IMG/VR virus record: IMGVR_UViG_3300033121_001334
Span: 10,564 to 74,563 of that record
Length of the DNA stretch: 64,000 nt
Direction: 5' to 3' (one strand)
From: a virus
Lineage: Duplodnaviria; Caudoviricetes
Below, piece by piece: positions 24,355 to 34,472 of the stretch; positions within the stretch are counted from its first letter, which is position 1, and each line of letters opens with the position of its first letter. Below the pieces are notes generated by a model. It ran no database searches. It was not told the DNA's origin and worked only from the letters and a program-made list of their open reading frames with translations. The position numbers and the translations under genes were made by a program.

Positions 24355-25580
24355 TTGATGGCTTCTTCAACAGTTTTGCAACTATTGTCAACGCCTTCAA
24401 GATGATGATCGTCCATTGAGGGGTTCTTCATTTGGAGGAACTTACAAGCTCTACGGGTTGTTCCGCCCCAGGGGCTTGCAACTGGTATTTCAACTTCAAG
24501 GAGCTTATAATCTCCCTGAGTGTCGATGGTTTTAGCGCCAAGGCTTCGAATGATAGACTTTGGGCCAAGTCTTTCGAGGACAACTCTGCGTTGTTCGACA
24601 TTCAATCTGAAGAAGGCGGTTTTGCGCTTCTCCATATCCTTAGCCTTGCAAGTTATCACCCATTCAGGACAATCTCTGCCTCTGAAGTAGTAATAGTTTG
24701 CCTTACCGCTCTTCTTAAAGGCGTAGGACTTTTCGTTATGAAGAACGAGTCGCTTGGTGTTGTTTGCCTGTACGACTCTTGAAGATACGAACGAGGCCTT
24801 ATGCCCTGCGTAGAAAACTCTACCAGGAACAATAGCAAAGAAGATGAAGTGGTTATTGATTTCCTCAAGGGCCTTCTTAAGATTTTCAGGCAGGGCAACC
24901 TTGCGAACGGCAATCTGGCGAACGATTGCTGACAAGAAGCCAACGGTACTTGCAAAAGACTGAGTGGAAGTGAATATCTTAGAATGTAGCTTCTTACAAA
25001 GTTCCAAGAACTGCGGGTCGAGGCATTCTTGGACTCTGCCCATCTTAAGGATATAGCAGGTTCGGGTGTTATAGTTCTCGAAGAACTCGGTAAGAGTTAT
25101 TCTGGGGAGATTTTCGATTTCCGCGAGAATTTGATCGTAGTAAGGCGCGAGGGACCAGCTTACAGCGTCTTTGTGGTTGAAGTTAAAGATAGCGTCGAGT
25201 TTGGTAACTCTTGAGATGGCGCTTTGAACGTTGGAGAGAGCGACATGGAGGCGGTCGATAGAGAGGACTTTGGAGCCTGGTATATCGCTTGGGACAGAGA
25301 AGCCCATTGCTTGCGAGTATCCGTTACTACTGCCATACTCGCTTTCAAAAGACTTAATTTGGCAGGTTGAGATTGAGGAAGTATCGAGCGGGTATCTCGA
25401 AGCCTCAACAAAGCTAAGAGCAACCTGCTTAGCAAGTTTTTCATAGCCTTCTTTACGAGCTTTCTTGACCTTCTTTTTCTTCTTACCAGAGGTCTTGTAT
25501 TTGACCTTTTCTGGTTCAACAAACTTTTTGTTGATTAGGTCTTGCTCAATGATTTGCTGGATGAGAGGGGTATCGCTCAT
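24309..25580 (-). CDS. Hypothetical protein with a DUF6745-like C-terminus
   Basis: VLHNE...YYFRG...RRVVLERLG...FLQMKNPS...CKTVEEAIKWR. Confidence 0.6.
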   Translation of the reverse strand: MSDTPLIQQIIEQDLINKKFVEPEKVKYKTSGKKKKKVKKARKEGYEKLAKQVALSFVEASRYPLDTSSISTCQIKSFESEYGSSNGYSQAMGFSVPSDIPGSKVLSIDRLHVALSNVQSAISRVTKLDAIFNFNHKDAVSWSLAPYYDQILAEIENLPRITLTEFFENYNTRTCYILKMGRVQECLDPQFLELCKKLHSKIFTSTQSFASTVGFLSAIVRQIAVRKVALPENLKKALEEINNHFIFFAIVPGRVFYAGHKASFVSSRVVQANNTKRLVLHNEKSYAFKKSGKANYYYFRGRDCPEWVITCKAKDMEKRKTAFFRLNVEQRRVVLERLGPKSIIRSLGAKTIDTQGDYKLLEVEIPVASPWGGTTRRACKFLQMKNPSMDDHHLEGVDNSCKTVEEAIKWRNHGATTLPLALT

Positions 25581-25613
25581 AAGGAATCCTAGGCTATAAA
25601 AAAGCCACTATAT

Positions 25614-27761
25614 TTATGGATTTTTCTTGATTTCTTCGACAGCGGCATTAATAAGTCTATCAATTTCCTGAAGTTGGGTTTTGTAGTGCATTCTCTGTTT
25701 GCGGATGCGTAGGTATCTCCAAAACTGGACGATTAGAACTAACAGGAACGGAGCGAGGACAAACAGGGTTGCTGCGGGCAATTGAAGATTCAATCTCAAC
25801 CTCCACTTTTATATTTCCCGTTATTTTACGAACATAGGAGTTACCAGGGCTTTCGAGATGGGCCGGCAATCCGTCTGATATAGTGCCTCTTGTGACATTG
25901 ATTGTTTTGAACTTTTGGTAATAGCCTTTGCCGGCGTTTTTAGTGTGGATTGTTTTGACAATAAAGAACTTATCTCTCAGGTCGCATTGGTAGAAGCCGT
26001 CTTGGAGCGGTTCTTTTTGTTGCGCGAAAAGAAACCAAGGTTCTTCATTTTGGAATGACACTGAGATGATCATGATCGGATTGTTTTGACTGAGCGGACG
26101 AAGCTTGGAATGCAACAGGTTAGGACAACGATTGAGGCTACAATCATAATGCCTTTATCTGTTGAGTTATACTTACTGTCCCATGTATATACTCCATATG
26201 TCATAAAGAGTATATACAAGACGAGTGCAGGCTCAAGAAAGAGAAGTATCCAGGCTGCTTTTTTAGCAGAGAGCAGGTTCGAGTTCTGAGAGTTCTTCAT
26301 GAGATTCCTCATAAGTATTTTCGCAAGGCTTTGTGGTTTTAGCATTTAGAGAATCAGCCACGGCCTTACAATCTTCGGGATCTTGGAAAGAAGCAATCCA
26401 GGTTTTATTGCTATCATTCTTGTAAAGTTCGGTTCCTTCGGAAATATAGCGCGTCATGCAGTTACCTCAGTTTGTCAAGATTGCGGGAGGAATCGTTACT
26501 ATTACGTTGCAAACGAGTCTTGAAAAGTTTAGTTCAGAAAGGGAGGTCAGAGAGATCGATGGTCGGGTATTTCTGAACATAAACAATGTACCAGGTTTCG
26601 GGAAGAAACTCCGAGGGCTCGTCGCCTGTCAAGATTATAGCTCTTAGAACTTTCACTAAAAAGAGTTCTATTTTATCGAGCCTTCTTTTTAGCTCCAAAA
26701 TGGCTTCTTCTTTGTTAGAAGTGAAGTGTTCTTTTTTGAAGTAAATATGATCTTGGTTTATCATATCTCGTACTTCAAACCTGAATACGTCGCCGAATAC
26801 GCCAAGCGCCTCTATTTCGGTAAAGGGTATTTCTTGAGGCAGTTCTATTTCAAGGTGTGTATTCATGTAGGTTTGTGACATTGCAATAACCAAGTCTTCT
26901 AAGTATATTTAGCATTGATCGCGAATATACATAGATAACATCGTCAAACGAGACTTTTGCCGACTTGAGCAAATACTTGATTGTTTTTTCTCCAATTCCT
27001 TTTCTTCGTCGGTCGTGTTTTGTGTAGGCCATGATTTCGAAGTTTGGAAACTGGAACGAAAACGCAGAGCTAAGGGGTTGCGACGGTTCGGCATCGCACA
27101 TGCCTTTTCTCTGCATATTCTTCGTTATGGAAACCAAGCATATTGGGTTTCCATTATCTCTTGTTATGGCGAACAAAGACGAGTTGAAGTCTTCTGGAAC
27201 TTCAAGTAATCTGGATAGAGTTCCGTGGTGATGGAGGCGGTGTTCCCCAAACGTTATTAGGTTATAATCTTTGTTCTTCTTGATATTTGAAGATTTTGTA
27301 ATTGCTACAGTCAGCATAAACGGCTCTGCTGTTTTGATTGAACTATTTGCGCGGAATAACTCCCCAGCAAAATGCCGGGGAGTTATTTGTCAGTTAGAGC
27401 TTGTGGTTGTTCCGGTTGTTGGCTGGGCCGTTGAAGCCGGCGTTCCAGCAGGTTGCGGGCTGTTATGATTAAGCGGGACTCTTGCTTGAGGCATTGGTAG
27501 CGGCTCGGGCTGAGATAGCGTCCAGATATACGCTCCGCCGCCTGCGCCAACGATCAAAAGAATAAACAGTATGAAATAGAAAGCATCGCTTCCAAATGAA
27601 GACTTAGGCGATGTCGGTTCCTTCTTGGGACTATCAGTCTCCGTTAGAGTGTCTGTTGGCGGGTTTGACGACAATGATTCTTTCGTATCCATTCTAAAAC
27701 TCCTTATGCGGGTATAAAGGTCCAGTCGATTTTCATACCAAAGAAATGATCGAAGATCCAA
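25614..27761 (-). other. Run of small hypothetical CDS (25614-25799, 25660-26115, 26070-26345, 26263-26457, 26534-26893, 27390-27761)
   Basis: Tandem short ORFs, some with TM segments; starts uncertain. Confidence 0.5.
26850..27317 (-). CDS. GNAT-like acetyltransferase
   Basis: AYTKHDRRRKGIGEKTIKYLL resembles acetyl-CoA-binding motif A. Confidence 0.55.
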   Translation of the reverse strand: MLTVAITKSSNIKKNKDYNLITFGEHRLHHHGTLSRLLEVPEDFNSSLFAITRDNGNPICLVSITKNMQRKGMCDAEPSQPLSSAFSFQFPNFEIMAYTKHDRRRKGIGEKTIKYLLKSAKVSFDDVIYVYSRSMLNILRRLGYCNVTNLHEYTP

Positions 27762-28114
27762 ACAGTAAATCTACAAAAAGTCAGTAGAGACAATAATAGA
27801 GAGAACATCGAAACCATGTAGACTGTTAGAGAGTATGAGAGGGGAACACCTTCTGTTGTGGTCAGCTTTTTTGCGTAGTTCAATCCGCTAGTTGCAACAA
27901 AGGCCATGAAGGCTGAAAGAGTAGCCGACGCGATTCCGACAGCTATTGCTCCAAGCAGGTTCACAAACGGAACATAGAACGGAGCAACAAGCAATACTAG
28001 GCAGCCAAGAAAGGAAGTGAAAACACAAAAAAGCTTCGACAAAATCGCCTCAACTTGCATTAGAGCGGCCTTCGTTATGGCGGACTGGTTCTCTTTTTTG
28101 TCTCTTTCGACCAT
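27704..28114 (-). CDS. Membrane protein
   Basis: Three hydrophobic segments. Confidence 0.6.
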   Translation of the reverse strand: MVERDKKENQSAITKAALMQVEAILSKLFCVFTSFLGCLVLLVAPFYVPFVNLLGAIAVGIASATLSAFMAFVATSGLNYAKKLTTTEGVPLSYSLTVYMVSMFSLLLSLLTFCRFTVWIFDHFFGMKIDWTFIPA

Positions 28115-28853
28115 GTAAATCTCGCTTTACGCTCCAATGCTTCGGCAAATGTCTTGGCTTCATCGTCTGAACAAAATGCTCTCTCCATTCTTCCACAAAG
28201 GTTTGGAAGTTTTCGGTTTTGGAAATTACAATTTGAGAGTGAGAAAGATATTCTCCAGACTGTCCGTTATCTGTTTTTACTATTTTTTCGAGATATTCAT
28301 TATCAACGAAAGAACTGTTTGTTTCTTTCTTAATTTGCTCAATCAAATATTGTTTTCTATCTTCGGGAATTTGTTCGCCAAACTTGATGAGAGTTTTAGC
28401 GTATTTAGGAGCTTGTTTCTCATTGATGTTATTTAGACCATGCAAGGGAGCATTGTATTTTTCCGCCAGATCTTGTTTCTTTTTTACGGCATGTTTCTCG
28501 TATACAACATGGCACTCTATACAGAGAGGGAGAATATCATAGTAGTTAGAATCCTTGATCTCTTTAGGAAACTCTTTGCGGTAGCAATAAGGAACAACGT
28601 GATGTTTTGTTAGCTTTTCGCTTGACCCGCAGCAGCAACACTTATTTTCTCTATTTTGAAGATAGTAATGGTCGCCAGACCAGCCAAGGCCATTAGGTTT
28701 GAACTTGAGTCTTATTGTGTTTGGAGCTTCCAGAACTGCCAAGTTTTTTCGAACATACCAGTCGAGCTTCTTCTTGTGACACTTGAACATTTCAACGCCT
28801 TCAGGCGATAGAACTGTACAGTTGTGATAGATTTCTTCGTTTGAATAACTCAT
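28050..28853 (-). CDS. HNH-like nuclease domain protein
   Basis: CCCCG...LTKHHVVP...LPLCIECH. Confidence 0.7.
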   Translation of the reverse strand: MSYSNEEIYHNCTVLSPEGVEMFKCHKKKLDWYVRKNLAVLEAPNTIRLKFKPNGLGWSGDHYYLQNRENKCCCCGSSEKLTKHHVVPYCYRKEFPKEIKDSNYYDILPLCIECHVVYEKHAVKKKQDLAEKYNAPLHGLNNINEKQAPKYAKTLIKFGEQIPEDRKQYLIEQIKKETNSSFVDNEYLEKIVKTDNGQSGEYLSHSQIVISKTENFQTFVEEWREHFVQTMKPRHLPKHWSVKRDLHGRKRQKREPVRHNEGRSNAS

Positions 28854-30712
28854 ACAAATAGCTTGTATACAATAAAAGCTATAAACACAACAACAACTGC
28901 TATTATTGTATATGTTGTTAGGCTAAGAATTAGGGGAAACAAGAAAATAAAACCAAAAGCTCCCAGAACTAGCCCAAGCGCTTTTTGCGAAAGCGAAGCT
29001 TCTTTATTCGAAATCAACTGTAACGCAAAAAACAACAACAAGCAACCAAGCACAAGTTTAAGCAAAGCGAGGATCATGTTTTTCCTTTTCTTGCGTCAGT
29101 CTCTCTTTCAGGGAGGCTGAATAATTGATATAACTGCCGTTCTTTGGACCAGGATTCTTGCTAACGCAGATAAAAACTTCATACCCTCTTATAGAAAGAA
29201 TATAAGCAAGATTGTACATAATTTTGTTATGTACGTTGTAGGAAACTTCAACGAAGTCCTTAGAGCTTAGGGCGTCAGAGAGTTCAGGATCAAGTTCTAT
29301 CAGGTGCAACTTATCCTTCCAGCCTTCTTCCGTGAAGGGGATATTTGATATTGCAAGAGCAGTCGAGTCTGCTTTTCCTACCAGATGCAGGTAAATAGCT
29401 ATGCTATCAAAAATTTCCTCGACAAGCTTATAGCGTTCAAGATTGTTTTTGACAGGGGTACAACTGCCGCTTTCGTCAATCATAACTCATTCTCGAATGG
29501 GACGAATATCTTGTTATTTAAGAATACTTCATGGCCGCGAAAAGTAAGAATTGAGCAAATAAGATTTGCCCAATGAAGAGATAGATTCGTCATGAAAGAG
29601 TTGATTTCATAGCTAAAGAAGATGTCAGCCGCAATAGCGTCAACCGGATACTTCGCTTCCAAGGTTTCGTTGTTCGTTTCAGGTTCTTTATCGCTGATTG
29701 TTACGGCAAAGTGTTTGTCTGCGCATGGATTTTCGCTTGCCACAACTCGTATATTGACGTAGAGAATTGGATACTCGCAAAGTTCTTTGAGGAACTTAAG
29801 AGTTAGATTCCGTTCTTCTTCGGTTGGTATTGAAGACATTTCTTGCGTTATTACGAGTTGCGTATTCTTATTTGAGAAAAAGGAAATACTTGACGGACTT
29901 CCTGTTGTATTACAGGATTTATAACTATTCTTCATATTTGAAGTTCTCTGGATTTCTATTTAGAGCATTATCAATCTTTCTCTGCCATTCTGCGAACAAG
30001 GGCAAAAGTTCTATAGATATTCTTGGCTTATAATCATGGCTTGCAAAGATTTCAGGTATTCTGAAGTCCTCAAGGAGTTCTTCTGCAAGCTCGTCGGTCC
30101 ATGCGGAAGCCAAGTTGGAATGAACTTCGCAGATATCTCCGCAAAACTCTCCATAGGAGTTTGTTTGACCCATTCCGTCTGGAGTTACAGATTGAAATAA
30201 AACTCCTGAGAAATGGCTCTTAGGATCGTCCCATACGTCTATAATTTGAGACGGGTTGTTTTTTAGATATTCAATAGCTTTATCGTAACTGTCCATTTTA
30301 ACCTCAAACTTATAGTGAGATTGATAATTTTGATTTTCACTATGCAAAATCAGGAAAGTTTAGTTCAGGATACGCCATTTTCGGCTCTCATCGTAATAGA
30401 GAACTTCTCTAGCGGAGGAACTATCTTTTCTCCGACTATCTTAGAACATAAAGATTGACCAATCTCAGAATGGTCTTTTACTTCTGTCAGGGCGGTGAAG
30501 ACGCCTTCTAAACAGGAATATAAATGAGCCTCTGTTTTGGCAGGATCTTCATAAGAAGCGGAGGCTTCAGCGCAAATCTTATCGGCGTATTGAAGGAGAT
30601 GCATGCTCGCCTTTATTTTTCCATGCAAAGAGGCGATTCCCAGCCGTCTGCGCTGGTCGTCAGTTACATGAATCTCATTATTAGTCGCCTCATTATTGGT
30701 TACTTTTGGCAT
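28850..30712 (-). other. Run of hypothetical CDS (28850-29077, 29058-29483, 29480-29935, 29925-30347, 30365-30712)
   Basis: Tandem ORFs with overlapping start/stop codons. Confidence 0.65.
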
Positions 30713-30735
30713 ACAGTTTCTCCGATTTAGATTTA

Positions 30736-31281
30736 TTAAGAAGTCGCACTAGCGGGCGGTTGCGAAGTCTCGGTTTCCTCTGCGCTATCAACGCTATGAC
30801 CCATTGCCCGCATAAGGGCTGTGATTTTCTCAAATCGGTTTTGAGTCATACCGCCATAAGCTTCCTCAGGTTTCACCTTATACTTGCGCGCAAAGGTTTT
30901 TTGCTGATTCCACCAACGAATAGTCTTCTGCTCTTCTTCATTTTCTGAGGCATAAGGCCAAAGTTTACCGTCATTCTTGTATTTAGCAACGACAAGGTTG
31001 TAACGGGTTTCCCAAATGCCGTCCCTTTCAAGCGCTTCATTTACGTCAATTAGACCCTTGAGAAGGGCTTCTCTTTCAAGAGAAATGCCAGGAGCCTTCT
31101 CTCCAGCCGCCTTTTTGGCAAGAAGATACTTCTGCCTGCTCCACCACTGTCCGAGTGCTTTTTCGGTTTCGTCTTTGGAGGTTGTTGAGGGCCACCTCTT
31201 ATTAGTAGCAGCGAACTGCTTCACTTGCTCAAAATGCTCGGTCCATTCTGCTTGTCTTTTTGATTCCGCCATTAGTCTCAT
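30736..31281 (-). CDS. Helicase-associated (HA-like) repeat protein
   Basis: Two units of W...F...K.F......WP.......E..LG.W...Q. Confidence 0.7.
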   Translation of the reverse strand: MRLMAESKRQAEWTEHFEQVKQFAATNKRWPSTTSKDETEKALGQWWSRQKYLLAKKAAGEKAPGISLEREALLKGLIDVNEALERDGIWETRYNLVVAKYKNDGKLWPYASENEEEQKTIRWWNQQKTFARKYKVKPEEAYGGMTQNRFEKITALMRAMGHSVDSAEETETSQPPASATS

Positions 31282-31444
31282 CCTTTGTGTCTATTGTGTC
31301 GAAGGCCCATAATGGCTCTTCTCAACACTATTTTCGACTAATGAGCGTTCTTTTTTGAGCATTCACGCAAATTTTGAACTATAAAAGCTTAAAAGAAAAC
31401 TCCCCTTGCGGAGAGTAATCTGGGCGGGTCGCTGATCCTGGTTA

Positions 31445-31900
31445 TCAGTCCTTGAGAGCTTCCTGTAACGCTCGGAGTTCCATGACTCTGCGCTGCTCAG
31501 GGGAAACGAGGCGATTGACCTTGATATCGAGTTCTTCGAGTTCCTTCTGCTTCTTCTCAATCGAGAGCATTTCAACTCGGGTCTTAAGATCTTCTTTCCA
31601 GTCGCTGATTGGATAGGCCTGCCAGGTTCCGTTGAAATCAACGCCAAGCTGTTTTGCGGCCTTGGAGAGTTCGGCTTCTTGAGTATTCAAGAATGCATAG
31701 ATTTCAACAAGTTTACGAACGTCTCTGACAGTCTGGATGTTCGTTCGGTCTGCCGTCGTCGTTTCGTCGCGCCCAAAAGTGCAGCTAGTCTTCCAGAACG
31801 GACGAGTTTTGGCTTTTTCGATTTCTCTTTTCTTCTGTTCAACCTTAACCAGCAGAGCCAAAACTGCTTGATCTACTGATTCGTCTGCTTTGTTCGTCAT
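31445..31900 (-). CDS. Hypothetical coiled-coil protein
   Basis: AAGGAG RBS; adjacent to the 370-aa ORF. Confidence 0.75.
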   Translation of the reverse strand: MTNKADESVDQAVLALLVKVEQKKREIEKAKTRPFWKTSCTFGRDETTTADRTNIQTVRDVRKLVEIYAFLNTQEAELSKAAKQLGVDFNGTWQAYPISDWKEDLKTRVEMLSIEKKQKELEELDIKVNRLVSPEQRRVMELRALQEALKD

Positions 31901-31911
31901 ATAACTTCTCC

Positions 31912-33024
31912 TTATTTCGAAACATCGTAAACTGTGTTAATGGGAATCTTCTTGCCGTTTGAGAGAACCATGTTGATCTTGAAAGATTTCTTGACTCTTT
32001 CAAACGCTTGTTCTTTTGTTATGTGCGGCTTGTTCCAGCCCCTATTCGAATAGTTGTAAACCATCGTCTTTGTATTGAGAATTCCGCTTTCTTCAATAGA
32101 GTAGGTAATCTCGTGCGGAGGTTGCCACCCTTTATGGAGCCTCAATACCCAGAAATGAAGGTTATCTCCATTCTTGTCAATAAACTCTTTGCTTTGATGA
32201 TTTTGTATCAATTCTTTTGATTCAAAAACTTCTTCCAAAGTGATTGTTTGGGGTTCGGATTCCCAACCCTGAATGCCAGACGAATGAGGATCGGTGTTCC
32301 ATTCGTCAATCAGGTCGGCGTAGTTGAGAACGGGTTCTGTGCTATTCAGCAGGGCTAAGAACTTAACGTCGCTCTTGCCGAAGAACTTTAAGCCATATTT
32401 AGTTCTTTGGGGATAAGCAAAGATATGTTGCCTTGTTCCCTTGCGAGGCTTGATTTCACTCCGGTAAGGACTCCATTCAAACCAATGGAATCTACCAAGA
32501 TAGATAACTTCTTCGCCCTTCTTTGTTGTATAGCTATGACCAGGCTTCAAGTCCTTAGCAGAGATGTTTTGATCTTGGCGCTCGGTATAGTCAACAGCCT
32601 TCTTGTATTCTTCTGAACAGCAAGGCAAAAGAACAAGTTCTGTTCCTTTCCAGGCGTAAACAAACTTGCCTTCTAGACCACGCTTGAGGCAGTCTGTTTC
32701 CGTCAGAATACCAATAAGGTTTTCTGGCGTTACCTCAAACTCAATACCGCGAGGATCATACATGCGAATATATGATCGATTAGAACCAAAATGGTCCCAG
32801 TTGAATCGTTTGACATCTTTGTTAAGGCAAAAGCCGTCCTGAGGATTGTTATCAAACTCCTGAGCGTCAATCTTTTTGTCGCGCCAAGATTCCCAGGACT
32901 TTTCCTTGCGCAAAACTCCCTTGTTATCAAAGTAGATAACATAAGCAAGCTTGCCTGTATAAGTTCCTTTACGGTCTTGGAAGCCAACCTTGATCTTCTT
33001 GGGTATAAAGAGATTGCCGCTCAT
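31912..33024 (-). CDS. Hypothetical phage protein
   Basis: 370-aa ORF beginning MSGNLFIPKKIKVGFQ. Confidence 0.8.
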   Translation of the reverse strand: MSGNLFIPKKIKVGFQDRKGTYTGKLAYVIYFDNKGVLRKEKSWESWRDKKIDAQEFDNNPQDGFCLNKDVKRFNWDHFGSNRSYIRMYDPRGIEFEVTPENLIGILTETDCLKRGLEGKFVYAWKGTELVLLPCCSEEYKKAVDYTERQDQNISAKDLKPGHSYTTKKGEEVIYLGRFHWFEWSPYRSEIKPRKGTRQHIFAYPQRTKYGLKFFGKSDVKFLALLNSTEPVLNYADLIDEWNTDPHSSGIQGWESEPQTITLEEVFESKELIQNHQSKEFIDKNGDNLHFWVLRLHKGWQPPHEITYSIEESGILNTKTMVYNYSNRGWNKPHITKEQAFERVKKSFKINMVLSNGKKIPINTVYDVSK

Positions 33025-33071
33025 TCGCTCGTTTGCCTTTCTTTTTGATTGTTGCTGGTTTCGCCGTTGTA

Positions 33072-33917
33072 TTAGAGGATACGAGCGGCGTACAGGCAGA
33101 TGAGCGTCTTGCAGTCTCGGATGAGGCCGTCAGCATGAAGTTTCTGAATCTCTTCGCGAGTCATCCACTTGGCTCGGATGTGTTCGCCTTCGCTGGCAAG
33201 GCCAGTGACTCCGCCGGGGCTGGTCTTGGGAACAATGCCAAGATAGAACGACATCTCTTCGTTCGTAATACCAGGCGTCATCATTGCCTTGTGAATCAAG
33301 CGAAGATCAGAAGACCCGATGACGCAGTTGCCCTCTTCTTGCGCTTCGCGAATAGCGGTCGCTTCGGCAGAGTCGCCAGGTTCGATGACGCCAGCGATTG
33401 TCTCATAAAGCCAACCGTCTTCATTGACTTCCTGAGGAGTCTTGGTTGCGTCCTGATTGGCGTTATACCAAGCAGGATAACGAAGCTGACGAATCAAGAG
33501 AAACTTGCCCTCAGAAGGACACATCGGGAGAACCGTCGTTGACATCTTCTGTAGATGAACGAACTCTCGATGGCCGGTATCAGGCGGGTTGCCGTCTTGG
33601 TTGTCAATCTCGTAGTCTTGCGTAATGATACGAACGTGTCGTCCTCGGGTTACTCGATTGTTTGTTTCGGTTAGCGTGAACGGAGGAACTTCAATACCAA
33701 CAATCGGCTTGGTAGCGGGCGGGTTCGCAATCTTCTTCGGAACAATAGGACTTGTTGGAGAAGAAAAAGTGGGGACGATTGGCGCTGGCGCGGGCGTCGG
33801 CGCAGCAGGCGTTGTCCCCTGTTGAGCAGGAACAAGGATCATGGTGCTGTAACCGGGATTGTTTTTTGCAGACGGAGCGCTAGTCGGAGGACGAGCGGAG
33901 CGGGGTTTGGATGCCAT
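33072..33917 (-). CDS. Nudix hydrolase (ADP-ribose pyrophosphatase-like) with a Pro-rich N-terminal extension
   Basis: AGVIEPGDSAEATAIREAQEEG Nudix box; QLRYP, TPGITNE and EGEHI motifs. Confidence 0.88.
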   Translation of the reverse strand: MASKPRSARPPTSAPSAKNNPGYSTMILVPAQQGTTPAAPTPAPAPIVPTFSSPTSPIVPKKIANPPATKPIVGIEVPPFTLTETNNRVTRGRHVRIITQDYEIDNQDGNPPDTGHREFVHLQKMSTTVLPMCPSEGKFLLIRQLRYPAWYNANQDATKTPQEVNEDGWLYETIAGVIEPGDSAEATAIREAQEEGNCVIGSSDLRLIHKAMMTPGITNEEMSFYLGIVPKTSPGGVTGLASEGEHIRAKWMTREEIQKLHADGLIRDCKTLICLYAARIL

Positions 33918-33935
33918 TGAGATATCTTGCCTTTC

Positions 33936-34472
33936 TTAGTGATTGTTCTTGTTTTCGATAGCGGGATATGGTCTATCAATATAGGCCAAAGCAAAAGTTG
34001 AAACAACAAAGATCAGATGGATTCCTACGAGAATGCCAATCTTATGCCAGCTTGCAGCGTCAACATTCGAAGACTCTGCTGTTTCGACAAACTTCTTGAG
34101 AAGATGGATACTACTCACCCCAATTAGCGAAGATCCCATCTTGACCTTCAAACCTGAGGCCGTGATGTGGCTCATGAATCGAGGTCGATTGATGATTGTT
34201 TCAGGATCGATTTCTCGAACAAAGATTGAATAACCGCCAATAGAAATCATGACAACCAGATTAGCAAGCATGGCGATATCAACAAGCCCCAACAGGCAAA
34301 GCATTGTCTGTTCAGAGCTTAGCTCGCCAATCTCCGAAGCCATATGATAGAGTTCTTGACAAAACTTGTAGGAGTACAAAGCAAGACCAATAGAAAGGCC
34401 TATAGAGGTAACAGCAAGCAGCCATCGGCTGGCAAATATGCTGCGCTCTATAAGGGAGAGAGGCTTGCTCAT
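33936..34472 (-). CDS. YqhA/UPF0114-family membrane protein
   Basis: IFASRWLLA...LVDIAMLANLVVM...GGYSIFV...LKVKMGSSLIGVSSIHLLKKF. Confidence 0.85.
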   Translation of the reverse strand: MSKPLSLIERSIFASRWLLAVTSIGLSIGLALYSYKFCQELYHMASEIGELSSEQTMLCLLGLVDIAMLANLVVMISIGGYSIFVREIDPETIINRPRFMSHITASGLKVKMGSSLIGVSSIHLLKKFVETAESSNVDAASWHKIGILVGIHLIFVVSTFALAYIDRPYPAIENKNNH

